Shown here in pieces: positions 47,272 through 60,329 of a stretch of DNA of 64,000 bases (positions within the stretch are counted from its first letter, which is position 1; each line of letters starts with the position of its first letter). The stretch spans positions 1-64,000 of the forward strand of contig JBLWGC010000230.1 of assembly GCA_048772705.1 (NCBI GenBank), written 5' to 3'. Source of the stretch: Leidyana gryllorum EB-2025a. Lineage: Eukaryota; Protista; Apicomplexa. Made by a program: the position numbers and the translations under genes. The notes under the pieces were generated by a model. It did no database searches and was not told where the DNA came from. It saw only the letters and a program-made list of their open reading frames with translations.

Positions 47272-50200
47272 ATGGCCGAGACCTTGTCTTCGGACGCTAG
47301 CGACTTTCGGCCCCCGCGTAAGTACTAGCACCTATTACAACATCTCCCTTTAGCTCACGCTGTCCCACGACGCAATCGTGGCGAAATGTGGCGGCCCAGC
47401 TTGAACCATGACGGAGGGAGCAGGTATGGGGGGCATATCGACAGTGCAGGTGGCGGCCGGCAGCGCTATGGAGCTCAGCAGGGTCCCCAAGCTTCGAATG
47501 ATGCTCCGGAAGGGAGGCAGCGTGAGCAAGGAGGCGCAATGCACCAAAATCGCCATTCGGGCTGGCCAGGCAACGAGCACGACGGCTATAGAAGTCGAGG
47601 TCGCGGAAGAGGCGGCATGGAGTATAGTCAGCGTGGTGGGAGAGGAGATTACCGCCCCCAGGCTTGGGATCAGGTAGGATACACATAGCTGGGTCTATGG
47701 CTGGGACAATAGTAGTTCTCACTGTCGTCTGCAGCAGAGTCAACACTCACATCGTGGTACAGCCCGCCGGGTGACGCGCGGCCCTCCCTCCAACCCCTCT
47801 CTAAATCGGCTGAGTTCTACGGATAGCGACGCTACTGGACGCGAGCAAATCCATACTGCTGGACGTCAGTACGGCCCCGCGGGGGGACAGGGGCCGCGAA
47901 CGATGTCAGTGTACGATCAAGACAGAGTTTATCAGCAGAAGCAGGGGTACTGCGGAAGTAGTGGCAAGGGAGGGAAAATCACCGGAGGTCAACAGAGTCC
48001 TACTAAGGATACTGCAGAAACACCGAGAGAACCTATGGGCAGAAGTGGGAATGGGCGTGCCATTTTGACAGGCCCTCCGTCATCAGCACAGATGGCCAAG
48101 GCGACGTATCCCGCCAAGCCCGCACCTGTGGAAACGGCACGCCCTCCTCTCCCGGAGGCTCCCACTTCACCCTCCAACAAAGCGCGGGCCGCGATGGCAG
48201 CGTATCCCACCCAACAACCTCCTCCGTACACCAGTCGTCCCCCAATGGTGCCCATGGAAGCAGGACGAGTTATGACCTCTCCTTCTGCCTTGCGACCGTT
48301 GGAGCAAGGGTCAGCCGCAGCTGCTTTACTCCCTCCAGAGGCTCATTGGGGGCCTCAGATCGCAGGGAGAGTTGTGCCTGTCGCTCCCCATTTCCTGTCA
48401 CCACTGGCGGGGATGATGGCACCGCCCTCACCGCTACCCATGACAGCCAGTGAGTTCCAATCGCCGGTGCATCTTTCTCAATCCTCACTGCTGCAGCGCT
48501 CGAAACACCTCCACAGTTTGACCCGAAGCATAGAGGTCCGAATCCGCTGACTGCCGGTCCGGCATTGAAGCTGCAGAACATGCGACTGAGTGACTATGTC
48601 GCCGCCTTGACTCGAGCACGGAACGAGAAGCGCCGTGCTCTTCAGGAACGCGAGCCCCCCATCTCGCCACACCCGGAGGAGGGCACTGAGGCACCGCCTT
48701 CTGGGCCCATCAAGTATTCTATTGAGTTTATGTTGAAGCTCAAAGATTCACCGGCGAGTCGGGAGTCGCAGCCACTCCTTCCATCAATGAATAAGGACTT
48801 CGGACCACGTAACCATCACACTCGGCGCCGATCGCTTGCTGGACAACAAGGTCCCTCGCCTGGTGAGATCCATCAGAGCCGTGCGTCTGAGCATTCTCAT
48901 CGCTACGACGACGCCCAAGATCCAACGCCAATCATGGGAACTGGCGAGCCGTCGCTCCCGATACCGCCTCCCAGGATGCCAAAACCACAGTTGTCCAAAG
49001 AAGCTGCTTTACAGCGTCACGTGAAGAGTCTACTGAACAAGATGACAGTGGAGCGCTTCGTTGAGATATCCAATATGCTGTGTAAGGGTCAATTATTGTT
49101 GTGTGCTTCTCTGACAGTTTCCCCCAGCTGGCTGTTTGGAAAAGATCGAGAACTTGGAGCAATTGAAGATAGTAGTAGACGAGGTGTACAAGAAGTCGGT
49201 CTCGGAGCCGAATTTCAGTGAAATGTACGCCGATCTCGTGCTGGTACTGCGAGCTCGTTCTCCTCAATTCCCGAATCCCGAGCCGAATGCCAAGCCTTGG
49301 GACTTTCAACGAGGTATATTGATGCGCTGCCAGGACGAATTCAACGAGTGAGTTCCACGAGTTCACCCGCATATGTTGTTACCGTTCGTAGTATGGGGGA
49401 TTTTTCCAAGCTCAATCTGCCCGCGGAAATGCTTGAGCAAATGAATGAAGACGATATCGAAATAGAACGCAAGACTCGCAAAACTCGAACCCTAGGAAGT
49501 AAGTGGCACCATCACTCATGAGATACACAACAACTTTGCTGATTCTCTCCAGACATGCGATTCATTGGCGAGCTTTTCGTTCGCCGAGTGGTGGGGGCTG
49601 GGGTGGCCAAGACTATTCTCGTCAAGTTACTTGAAGGTACGTTCATTGTGGCCGCCACCTTCACTTCCGTTGCAGAGGAGAAAGAGCCAGAAGCACATTT
49701 AGTGGAGTGCATATGTGAATTGCTGTCGACTATCGGTAAGGAGAGATTGAGAGCGAGGAGACTCGAGATATTGTTATTCACGATTCACAGGTCCGGCACT
49801 AGAAGCAGGAAACATGGAGACATTGGATACGCTTTGCAATACTTTGGTGGTATTGCGGGCTTCTGGCCGGTATGAGAATCGGATTTGTTACAAAATCCAA
49901 GATTTGCTCGAGTTGCGCGACGCCAGCTGGCGTCAAAAGACAGTGTTCAAGCAGAAAGCGAAAGCATTGTCAGAATTCCGCCACGATGCCGAGGTGAGTC
50001 GTCCTCTAAGATTCTATACATTCATCCAACAATCACTCATTCAGGGCCCGGAAGTGGAGATTGTCGGCCAGGAGAGTAATCATCCCTACAAGGATCACGT
50101 ACGATTCTGGAACGACCAGTTTTCAGCCCGCAAGAAGGAAGCCAAAGCTCGGAGGAACGAAGAGTCTGTAGCTCCTCTAGTCGTTCCATCTGCCGAGCCG

Positions 50201-50332
50201 TTGCGGCCCTCAAGCCCGTCTGGCGGCGAACAAGACCTTGGCCGAGGCAGTATCTCAGGTGACATGATATCTCCCCTATCTGCAGTCAGCAATGGGGGGG
50301 AAAATGAGCTATCACCAGTCGTTTGCGAGTGA
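47272..50332 (+). CDS. Translation initiation factor eIF4G-like (MIF4G), multi-exon
   Basis: KYSIEFML 4E-binding-like motif, VKSLLNKMT, EPNFSEMYADL, CQDEF, MRFIGELF, IQDLLELR; first intron 47318-47353. Confidence 0.85.
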
Positions 50333-50366
50333 AAGCCTTTTTTTTCGTTTTTTTCCGATATCGGAG

Positions 50367-53300
50367 ATGGCAGTGAGGAGAAGTTTGTTTGAGCCAGTCC
50401 GTACACTTGGCCTCGTCTGCAATCCTCTGCCTGTCACTCTGTATGCATTAGGATCTCAGAAATTCTTACTTGCATCAACAGGCTTTGGATACAGAGTGTA
50501 CGATGCAGATTCACTCCTCGTCAAGTATATTTCTCCAATCTTCTCCGACCTCCTCTCCGCCTTAACCTGCGACCAAGACACTGTCTATCTGACCTACGCT
50601 ACTACCCGTTCAATAGAAGCTCAATCCCGCGGCTTGACACTATGGGAAACTACCTTCGAGGACGGCACTCCCATAGGGCTGATGATCTTTGGGGAACTGC
50701 TCTTGTGCTGGAGTGACCGAAGCGTGCGGATGTATAACAAGGCTACCGGCGAGCCTCAGGGAACACTCTTCGCCGCCGCCAATCCGGCTGCTGGGCCTCA
50801 AATTTCTCTCTATCACCCTTTGTGTCACCCCATTGGTCTAATCAACCAAGTAGTCCTCGGTACTCGCGGAGGACGAATAGTTCTCCACGATGTCGTCAAG
50901 AACAAAACTCTCAAGTCACTCAATTGCGTCCAAAAGGCCATTGAGTCCTTCCTCGAGTCTGAGAGTACGCAACAAATTATTCAGCAACTCGGAGGAACGC
51001 CCTCCTCGCTCGATGATTGGATGGTGGATATCGTTACTTGCAGTCCGACTTCGGTTGGCGGAGTCTTCGTCGCCTTATCGACAGCTCGTCCGGACCACAT
51101 TGGAGCTTTGCCTCCCCTCGTCTTCGGTATCGACCTCTCGGCAGACGAGGTTCTGTGTTCTCTCCCGATCCCCAGAAACTTTGTACAAGTAACAGCGCTT
51201 TCCATCAAGGAGGGTAGCGGGTCCGACCCTTGGACGGTCTTGATTGGCAGTCGGGCGGGCGACATTGCACTCTACGACCTGCTGGAGAATAATCTCCTCT
51301 ATCATGTGGAGGGTGCTCACTCCAGCCGACTGGATTTACCGAGCCGTCGGTTAAGTGATGATATAATGGAGAGTGATAATGTTAGTACGGACGATGAGAC
51401 TCCTCGGGCTAAAGCCCAGACGTCCCTCACCAAGGCTGAGTCCGCGGTACCTCGTGGAGGTATCAGCACCTTGGAAGTGGTTGGCACGGCGGCCAAAGGA
51501 GACTTGTTGTTCATCTCAAGTGCCGACGATAACGCGATCAAAATGTGGAGTCTGACAAACGGAGCCCGTCAGCCTGTCCTGATCAAATCCAGAGGAGGGT
51601 TCTCCGGGACTATCCGACAGTTGGATTTCTACGACGAGACCGACGAGGCAAAGGAGCTTCTGGCCGCAGCACACTGCCATGTAGGCAAGCTCAGCTATAT
51701 CCAAGCGCAGCAAGATGTTGTGTTCCCAACAACTCAAGCACTGCAGCGCTTGTCCACCACTTATAAGAGTCGCAAAGCCGTGTTTCACAACATTATGAAG
51801 AGCCTCCCTCCTGTCACTAAACTTCACCATTGTATCACACGTCATTACGACTGGCCCGCCATTGTCAGTTGTCACGCGAATTTGCATCAGGTACGTCGTC
51901 GTTCGCCTTCCCCCGCATCACAAACGCCCTTTAGGTCATGGTTTGGTCTGCACATCACAAGAAGTTGATGCCAATAGTCTTGGAGCTTCCGGTACTAGAC
52001 GGAGACCAAAAGGCTGACAATGGACTGTCTTCGCTCACCAAGGCGATGGCAGACCTATACAGGACAAAGAGTCAACGGCGCATTTCCCAGGAGAAGCGAC
52101 CCAACGCCGTCAACGCTGTCATTTCGTCCTGTGGGCACTTCGTCATCGTCGGCTATGACAACGGGGAGATGCACCATTATAATCTGCAAAGCCGCAACCA
52201 TATTGGACATTTCAGCCGCGATGCAGCCAACATCAAGGCCGAGGCGGGAGACACCAAGCAGCGAGAGGCGTCTGCCTTGGCGCTTGATGCTCTGTTTGAA
52301 ACGAACCCGATCAAAATGACGCAGAAACGCAAGGCTTTGCGGAATAAAATCGTGCGTCTACAAGCGAACCCACTCCAAAACAGTGTGTCGGATGTTGCAC
52401 ACACTGGACCAGTGAAGCATGTCTCCATCCTTCACAGTACTTTTGTATACTCTGCGAGTCAGTCGCCAGAAGACCTCACAATCGCTTGCTGGGATCTCCA
52501 AACAAAGGAAGAGAAGCGACGTATCGACCTTGCAACCCTACTGAAGTCTCCGAAGTTCTTGGAAACGGATCGAGAACGAAGGTCGAGATTCGTCGATAGT
52601 GCCCCTGAGATCACCAGGTGTTTCTTGGGAGGGTCGTCATTCGTCATAGCCCTTGGGAGCACCTTGAAAATGCGCTCTTCAATGGTGCTTATCTTGGACG
52701 CTTCGAGTAATGAGGACGGGGAAGCCACCCTCTTGCGCGCATTCGGGCCTTTCGAAGACTACGAAAGCGTTACTGATGTCCAACTGTCGCCATCCGGAGG
52801 GTGGCTGATTGTTGCCACACTCCTGGAGAATGAGAAAATGAGTAACTTGAGGACTTACGATGTGCAATCCGCCAGCTGCATCGACTGGAGTCAATTCCCT
52901 GCGCCAATTTCCAGTTTCGTTTTCCACCCTTCAGGAGCGTTTCTGTTGACGGCCCATGAAGTGCCATCGTCGTGCGCGACTGAACTTTTCCCTACGGGCG
53001 GTGTGTACGTTTGGGCTAACCGCGAGGCCTTCGGCAGTTTGGACAGCAGACAGTTGATCAAGCCGGCCCAGTCGCCAGTCAAGTTGACATTCCCTCCAAA
53101 CAGACATCAAAACGACGGCTGCGACGAGGGAGAAGGCGAGTTGCTCCCGAGTGAGGAGGAGTCTCAGTCCACGTTACATGCGCACGGCGCGCAGGAAGCG
53201 GGAGTTGTTGCTCTTTCTGCGCTATGGGGGCGGCGGAAGCTCGAAACGTTGTTGCGATGGGAGGATGAAAAAGATGCTCACCAAGTACAGCCCATAAAGC

Positions 53301-53974
53301 GAGGCTCTGACGAGTCAATCAATGAGCCTTTCTTCTTGTTCGACAACACACAGTCGGCCGTATCAACTGCTTCGCCTTTGGGGTTCGGCGATGGGGAATG
53401 GGTAACAGAGGAGAACTTTACCGGTGTAGCAGCATCCAATACCGAGGAAGAGAAAAATAAGGTCAATGCTCGAAAGGTGGCGGGCACAGACTTCCGCGCC
53501 TTGCTACGCAGGATCGATGGGCTCGAGAGACGAGACGATATTCCTGAGGAAGTTGTGCGTGCGGCAACGGAGCTGCTGCAGTCGATGGAGAAGCACGTCA
53601 CCGCTCCGGCTTTGCATAAATTGATTCTACAATTGGGTCCAGTAGCCGGAGGCGACATTGTCGATCTGGAGTGTACCCTTCGTTTGATGTATCTATGGGT
53701 TGACGCTGGTTGTGCCGCGGACTACGTCCAAGTTCTCCTGAAGATATTCCTCCGATATCACGGGCCTACGTTGCTCGAAGCGTTGGCAGTGGTTGATTCA
53801 CAGGAGGAAGAGGAAGACTTGGGGGTATACGCGCACGCCGAAACCAGGCAAGGGTTACGGGAAGCAATGTGTGCATTAGAAAAGAAGATTAGGGACCGAT
53901 GGTCCACCATCGGAGAGGACTTGGACAGAATTATCTGTCTGGCCAAACATGTGTCCTTGCTCCAATTCGATTAA
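50367..53974 (+). CDS. UTP21: U3 snoRNP WD40 protein Utp21/WDR36, one intron at about 51890-51934
   Basis: SLFEPVRTLG N-terminus, DNAIKMW..KSRGG, SSCGHFVIVGY..YNLQS, helical C-terminus. Confidence 0.8.
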
Positions 53975-54018
53975 TTGAACTGCATGTAGGCGAACACATT
54001 ATCAACATTATATTCACA

Positions 54019-55473
54019 ATGTCGGACATACGACCTGTGCGAGTCAAAGCCAAGTCCAAAGCTGCGAATGCCCAGGTTAAGGTTCCAGCGAAAAACAGTG
54101 TGACTACCAACACTCGCAGTCCGACCTTATCTCCACAAGTCTCGGTTGGTGTACCCCCATCCAAGAAGGGATCTGCCGTCCTTTCTCCTCAAGCATCACA
54201 AACTTCCAGTGTATCTCAGGCATCAATGTCGGTGCCTCCGTCACGAAAGACGTCGCGAGATCCGACCCCTGGACTCTCACCAAGTCCAATGGTGTCACCC
54301 CAAATATCAATTTCCAGGGAGAGTTCGAGAGGAGCAACTCCCTCGGCAGCATCCGTGAGATCACGGAACGAGTCGGGGGCTGTGACCCCTTCCTCTGGTG
54401 TATCCAGAACGTCAAATGTCTCTAAAAGCCCTGCTGTGCCAAAGTCTTCACAAGCTGTGGGATCTGTGAAAGCGAAACAGCCCTCTCCCGCTTCGAAGGG
54501 AAAGAAGGTTGTCATGCCCCCGACGGACACCAACCAGGACGAGGCTGACGATGCTGCCGCGATACTGAGGCAAATGCGTACGTACAGCGCTACTCTCCAG
54601 GGTCTGGTGGCCCGTCACGAAGCCGTTAGGCGGGCGATGAGTGAATTGGATACGGGTTTACGGAACCAGAAGACGGGAAAGCTCTTGACCGAGAAGTTTG
54701 TGGCCGAGAATAATGCTGAGATTCCGGCCAAGAAAGTAGCGACTAAAGTTGCACCCACTAAGTTCTCTATGCCTCTGAGTGCGGCTAAGAAGAGTGCCTT
54801 GGAGAAGAAGAAACGTATCGCCGGAAAGCAGAAAGCGTTTGCTGATTTTGCCGCTACACTCGGGAGGAAGAAACAAGCGTCAGAGGAGGTGTCTAAATCG
54901 GTCAGCATGGAACAGCCCAAAGCTCCACCCCCTATTGGAAGTAGAAGTGGATCACTTAAGGGCGCCAATAATGACGCTGAAGCTGGAGAACAGCCCGCGG
55001 GCGGAGCCGAGCCGACTGAAGGGAAGGAAGGGGAACAGACTGAGCCCGTAGAGTCGCTGGAAGTTCCGAACATTGTAGTCACCGAGGAGAAACCGGCTGT
55101 GTACTCGCATCCGGATCTGAGAGAGGAGGTGTTCCCGGTGGGGTTGAGACCCACGACCCGTGGGGAGCTGCGATTGGCAAACCCCCATTCCTTATACGAG
55201 GCTCACTTGATCACTCGGGACGAGCGGAATCGGTTGCTCAATCAGATCCGAGCGCTGAAAGTGTCGGAGATGATAGAGATCATGAGAGAAGACGCAGAAG
55301 AATCTCTCGTGCTCGGGAAAGCTGTGGAAAGGACACTGAACGAAGACGAGGAAGCGACCGTATCTCGAGGAACGGGTACCAAATTCCGCTCTATACACTT
55401 GGGGAAGGTTTCGTGTTGTGGAAAAAAAATAAACAAGAAGGTGACATGTTGGACGACGGACTGTTCGAGCTAG
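54019..55473 (+). CDS. Ser/Pro/Lys-rich hypothetical protein
   Basis: Long ORF, first ATG at 54019; 3' end uncertain. Confidence 0.6.
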   Translation: MSDIRPVRVKAKSKAANAQVKVPAKNSVTTNTRSPTLSPQVSVGVPPSKKGSAVLSPQASQTSSVSQASMSVPPSRKTSRDPTPGLSPSPMVSPQISISRESSRGATPSAASVRSRNESGAVTPSSGVSRTSNVSKSPAVPKSSQAVGSVKAKQPSPASKGKKVVMPPTDTNQDEADDAAAILRQMRTYSATLQGLVARHEAVRRAMSELDTGLRNQKTGKLLTEKFVAENNAEIPAKKVATKVAPTKFSMPLSAAKKSALEKKKRIAGKQKAFADFAATLGRKKQASEEVSKSVSMEQPKAPPPIGSRSGSLKGANNDAEAGEQPAGGAEPTEGKEGEQTEPVESLEVPNIVVTEEKPAVYSHPDLREEVFPVGLRPTTRGELRLANPHSLYEAHLITRDERNRLLNQIRALKVSEMIEIMREDAEESLVLGKAVERTLNEDEEATVSRGTGTKFRSIHLGKVSCCGKKINKKVTCWTTDCSS

Positions 55474-56012
55474 AGATTCCATCGGTGGTTGGAGATGCTA
55501 ACTTTCCTATATTCGTTGAAGGAGTTGATACTTTATACGCCCCGTATGTACCCACACCTGTGAGCCTTGTGCGTGAGGCCTTGAAGGAGGCCAATGTTGG
55601 GAGGGACGATGTTTTAATCGATCTTGGGTGTGGCGATGGCCGCTTCTGTTTGATTGCCGACTGCGAGTTCCAAGTTTCTTCGGCTTTGGGATATGAGTTG
55701 GACACCGAGGGGTTGCAGACAGCAGCGCAATTGAAAAGGAAGTGTCAAGCAACTCGCACCAACTTTGTTGAACGAGATATTGGGGATCCAAACTTCCTGA
55801 GGGAGATTGTCGAAATGCCAGAAGCTTCTGTGCTGGTGCTCGTCTTGACCGGAGACTTCCAAAAAGCACACTCAGACTTCATCCGAGACTTCTTGTCGGC
55901 TGAGACTGGACGACGACGACGGGTCGTATCCGTCTTTTTCAATCTCAGTGGTATCGACGGTGTCATCCGGACCAACAACCATCCTAAGATATACGTCTAT
56001 GAAGCGGCCTGA
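55446..56012 (+). CDS. Class I SAM-dependent methyltransferase
   Basis: APYVPTP and LIDLGCGDGR motifs. Confidence 0.82.
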   Translation: MLDDGLFELEIPSVVGDANFPIFVEGVDTLYAPYVPTPVSLVREALKEANVGRDDVLIDLGCGDGRFCLIADCEFQVSSALGYELDTEGLQTAAQLKRKCQATRTNFVERDIGDPNFLREIVEMPEASVLVLVLTGDFQKAHSDFIRDFLSAETGRRRRVVSVFFNLSGIDGVIRTNNHPKIYVYEAA

Positions 56013-58508
56013 AGATACTTTTGCAGCAGCTCTCGCAGTTCCGCCATGTCCTCCAGACGACCAGGATACCCTTTGTAACCCACTCTGCCGTCAGGCCTCA
56101 GTAGGAGAAAAGCACAAGTCGGAGGATTTCGCACTTTTTCTCCACACAACTGAGTGGTTAGGTCTGACAGCCAGTTTGGGGGACCTTGCAGAACCAGTCT
56201 AGACTTGTCTTGAACCTCGTACTCGTGATCTATAATGGAATACGACGGAGCACCAAAGTCGACCCTGCGCTCAACCATAAATCACCCTAAAGATGTATAA
56301 ACAATCACTCTCACCCATCATGCATGTAAGCCTTCAGAGCACTCGGCACTTGCTTTGCTAATTGACTGAAGGTCATCAGAGGGCTGCCTTGGGAGACGGT
56401 GGCCCGATCTTGGAGCCCACATAACACCCATACGGGTTTGACTCCATATCGTTGACTCAAGCTGGCCGAGGTACTTGGGTAAGAGTGCCCCAGAGCGTGA
56501 ACCACTTCTTGGCCTACTGCGGCCAATTTCTCGACCATCTCTTTCTCATATCGGGCTGGTAACGTGGCATTAAGAGGAGACAATTTGGGGGTGGGTGACT
56601 TACGGGCCGTCTCTGCTCTCTCACACCCGAATATGGTGTGATGCTTCGTACCCAATGGGAGTATCCTTACCAACATGAGGAAAGCGAAACAGCCCTCCCG
56701 AACCAAACTTCTGAGCGTCAAAGCTCGTGGGGGCGAGTCATCGTTGACCGCAAATCCAAGGGCTCGGCACGAACCGACACAGTCGCCAGTATCAAAAGCG
56801 GAGGTATGGCTGCGGAGAGGATCAATCCGGGAACGTCTCTGTGTCTTACTGCAGCACAGCTTCTGGGGCCAAAATGATGGCACGCAATGCTTCATCCAAT
56901 TCCCGCGAAGTCATCTTCAGTTTTCTCCGTAAAAGATCGGTAAACTTGGGGGGTTCAGCGGCAGAGGACGCGATAGCAGCAAAATTGAGCATTGGGTCGC
57001 GTCGAGTAAGGCCGAGCTGGAATGAATCCTGTGATTGACTGATGCGTTCTTTGTCAAATGACTCCAATAGTGCGTGAGGGGCTCGATAGTCCAGTACTGC
57101 TGCGAGCCGCCAGCCGAGGGCGACAGCGTCCTGATAAGTATACTTATAGCTACAAACAGACCTCATAGTACTCACGACTCACGTATAGAGCTTCGTTGAG
57201 ACCGGTGCTCCAAAGTGGAGAATCTAAACGAGCCGCGTCGCCAATCAGAATTCCCCGTTCACGCACCAACTGAGTGGCCAACCGCGGCGCAGTCGAATAT
57301 GCGACGCGCCAGTTGACCGTTTCTAGAACGGTACCCGGTACAACTTGGCTGACGATCTCTCTTATCTCGTCATCAGTGGGAGCCTCAAGCTTGCGGAAGG
57401 GGTGATCAGATGGATCGGCTGCATTCAACGGTGGCCGATGTACCAACATGCGCCAATGGTCATCACGAGCATAGGGATAGAACAGTGCAGACCCGCAGTC
57501 TGTGTGAACCATGAAGACACTGTTGAACTGAGGCATTTGTATCATTGATGGGCCCCGGGCCGATTGAACTTTGCCAAAGTGAGGGTTACCCCACTGAGCA
57601 ACGACTATGTCAGCAACCAGATAGTCTTCAGCCGGTCCGATCTCCGCCATTTGAATACCCAGGGCTCGTCTGGTCATTGACCGAACTCCATCAGCGCCAA
57701 CCAGATACTTGGCTCTGATCCACCGTCCGTCTGAGTGGGCAGAAGGTTTCCTTGAGACTGGGTCCATTCTCTTGACAAATACTTTGACCCGATATTCCTC
57801 CGGGCCCGTCCACTCTGACTCGTTCTCATTCGCGGTCGAGTTGGAAGCAGCCGATGTATCACATTTGATGACCACTCGATAAGCAACATGCTGTCGGAAG
57901 ATGCGTCGCTTTGGCGATACAGCCAATTTCTCACACAAGAATCGTTCCAGTTTCCATTGCTCCAATACAACACCAGTTTGAAACTTTGTCTCCGCCGATC
58001 CCGAGAATCTCTGAACTTGGTGATGTACCTCTCCGTTGAGCAGAACGACTGCACCTTGAATGGGACGGCCCTGCAGAACCACTTCGTTAATGATACCACT
58101 CTCCTGCAGCAAGTCAAGAGTGTCAGCGCGCAATAACATTCCCTGAGTCGGCAAGCTGGCAGCAACATCTGGGGGAGGGTCCAGCGGATACTCGATGCGC
58201 GTGTGATCCAATACTACAAAGTCTACATTGTATCGAGCGAGTTCATTCGAGAGCGCGAGGCCAGCCGGGCCGGCCCCAACAATAATGACGTCGACATGAT
58301 GTGGGAGCTCTGGATCCACCAAGCCTCCATCCACAGCGGGTCTCGTGGGCGTAGTCACTGAGGGGCTCTCAGGCTTCTTGAAGCGTAATGTGGTGTCCGT
58401 GAATCTCGGGTGTGTGTCTTGGGTGAAGAGACCTTTGTTTCGCTCTTCTTCAGTCTCACTGACAGTTAAGCTCGAAATCGGCGAGCCTTGAGGTTGTTCC
58501 GTAGTCAT
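55997..58508 (-). CDS. FAD-dependent aromatic monooxygenase-like (FAD_binding_3), multi-exon
   Basis: VGAGPAGL, LVGADGVRS, LIGDAA..SP..GLN, DA..LGWRLA, C-terminal LLRPDG. Confidence 0.85.
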
Positions 58509-58520
58509 GGGAAAAAAACC

Positions 58521-59271
58521 ATGGCTGGGCTTGTGTTTGACCTGCTCCATGATGTACCACCAGTCACCGCCATCATTCTGGGAGTCGCCACCGCCTGCAT
58601 GACTACGACAGCGCTGAATCTCATAACGCCATACGCATTGATGTTCTCTGCGAGGCGGATAGCGACCCAATTACAGCTATGGAGGGCGGTCACGTCGCTA
58701 CTGTACTTTGGAGGATTCGAAGTGTCTTTCTTCTGGAGCTTCTACATGGTACTACTATACGGAGGGCGGCTAGAATCCGACAACTATGCTGGGCGTAGAG
58801 CTGATTTCGTCTGGTCTCTCTTCCTAATTGCTCTGATGATCAACTTATGTGCAGCCTTCTTCCTCCACTCAGTTTTCCTCGACGGAGCCTTTATCGCTGC
58901 ACTGACGTATCTGTGGGGTCGGAAGAATCCCGACGTACGCATGATGGTGTTCTTCTTTGCTGTCCCCGCGCCTTATGTTGCCTGGTAGGTGTTGGACTCT
59001 CAGGAGGGGTGGGGCGAGTTAGGTTATTGCTTTCCATCTCAGGGTAATGACACTGATTTCATTCATGAGCGGTATGCCAATCACCGATGGCATGATTGGA
59101 GTGTTGGCTGGGCACATTATCTTCTTCTTTGACGATATATTTCCACAAATGCCCGTCTCAAACGGTGTGAAGATTCTGAAGGCTCCTCGGGTTCTGTGAG
59201 TACAGTTCAGTGTTCTTCTCATTTATGCTCGACTGCATTGTAGGAGGCTCCTCTTAAAAGAAAGGAATTAG
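58521..59271 (+). CDS. Derlin (Der1-like ERAD membrane protein), 3 exons
   Basis: VPPVT, QLWRAVTSLLYFG, LE..YAGRRADF, YLWGRKNP, APYVAW, GVLAGHII.F. Confidence 0.9.
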
Positions 59272-59283
59272 ATTTTCACCAGC

Positions 59284-60203
59284 ATGGAGGAGGCTTTGGT
59301 GTGCCTCCGACAAACATGGCCATCTGTGTCAGCTCAGGAGTTGTTCGTGGTCTTGTGCCACATTCACCTCTCGGAAGCGGGGGCACTGCTAGAGGAAACC
59401 GGAGCTGTCCAGTTCCTCCCGGCACAGGGATTGACGAGACGCTTACTGCCTCAATCACTCATAGACCGCTTCACACATCCACGTGAAGCACGCGATCCCA
59501 CTATAGCTATAACTCACTTTCGGTTTCGGGGACAAGCTGAAGCTCATATTATAACTTGGACGAGTGTGGACGATGAAACTGTATTGATCAACGTGCTGCG
59601 TAAAACTCCTGAATCTGAGACTGGAAATCTGCACCCATCGCGTAGCTTAACCCACAAGTGCTCTGATGAATTCGTTTCATTCCTGAACCCCGACTCGACT
59701 GTGCCGCTCAGCAGACTGGTGAGGCAAAGTACGAACCTCGCTTCTACCCATAGACTGTCAGACTGAAGAAGTTGTGCGTGCCTTGGCTCCCATCACCACC
59801 TCCCAACATCATTCACCCACTTCTCCATGCGGCGCGACTGCTCATGCGCAACGACGACCGTCTCCTCCTCCACACAGGGCTCCCAGGAGGCAGGACGAGC
59901 CATATCCAGGAGAGCTGATAGGGCCTCATCACCCAATATTCCGCGGTGAGCTGCAAGCTTGAGTGTTGCTGACGATGCCTCAGGCCGATTCAATCCTCCG
60001 GGACAAAGTCCGGGACACCCCTTTGCGGGCCCGCGGATAGATCCGATATGGCCCGATGATCCGTAAGATACCGCTGATAGGCGGGAATGTGCCAATCGCG
60101 AACGCTCAGGCTTGGACGACGCCACGAGATTGGGCGAGGACTGCCTGATGGGCATGGCGATATGTTCGGAGATCAGTTCCATGGCGGAGGCAATTTCTTC
60201 TGA
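59284..60203 (+). CDS. PI31/PSMF1-like proteasome regulator, multi-exon
   Basis: N-terminal H..L..G, LIGPHHPIF, PRIDPIWP; Gly-rich tail ending GGGNFF. Confidence 0.62.
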
Positions 60204-60329
60204 GAGACAGGCAGTAGTCAGGCACCGTAGCCAGCATTTGTGTTAGGGAGGGGCGGCGAAAGCCAATTCGTAAGCGAGTCGACGGTTTGTTAGGGGGCAC
60301 GAACAGCAGAAGGACCGACACTAAGAATG

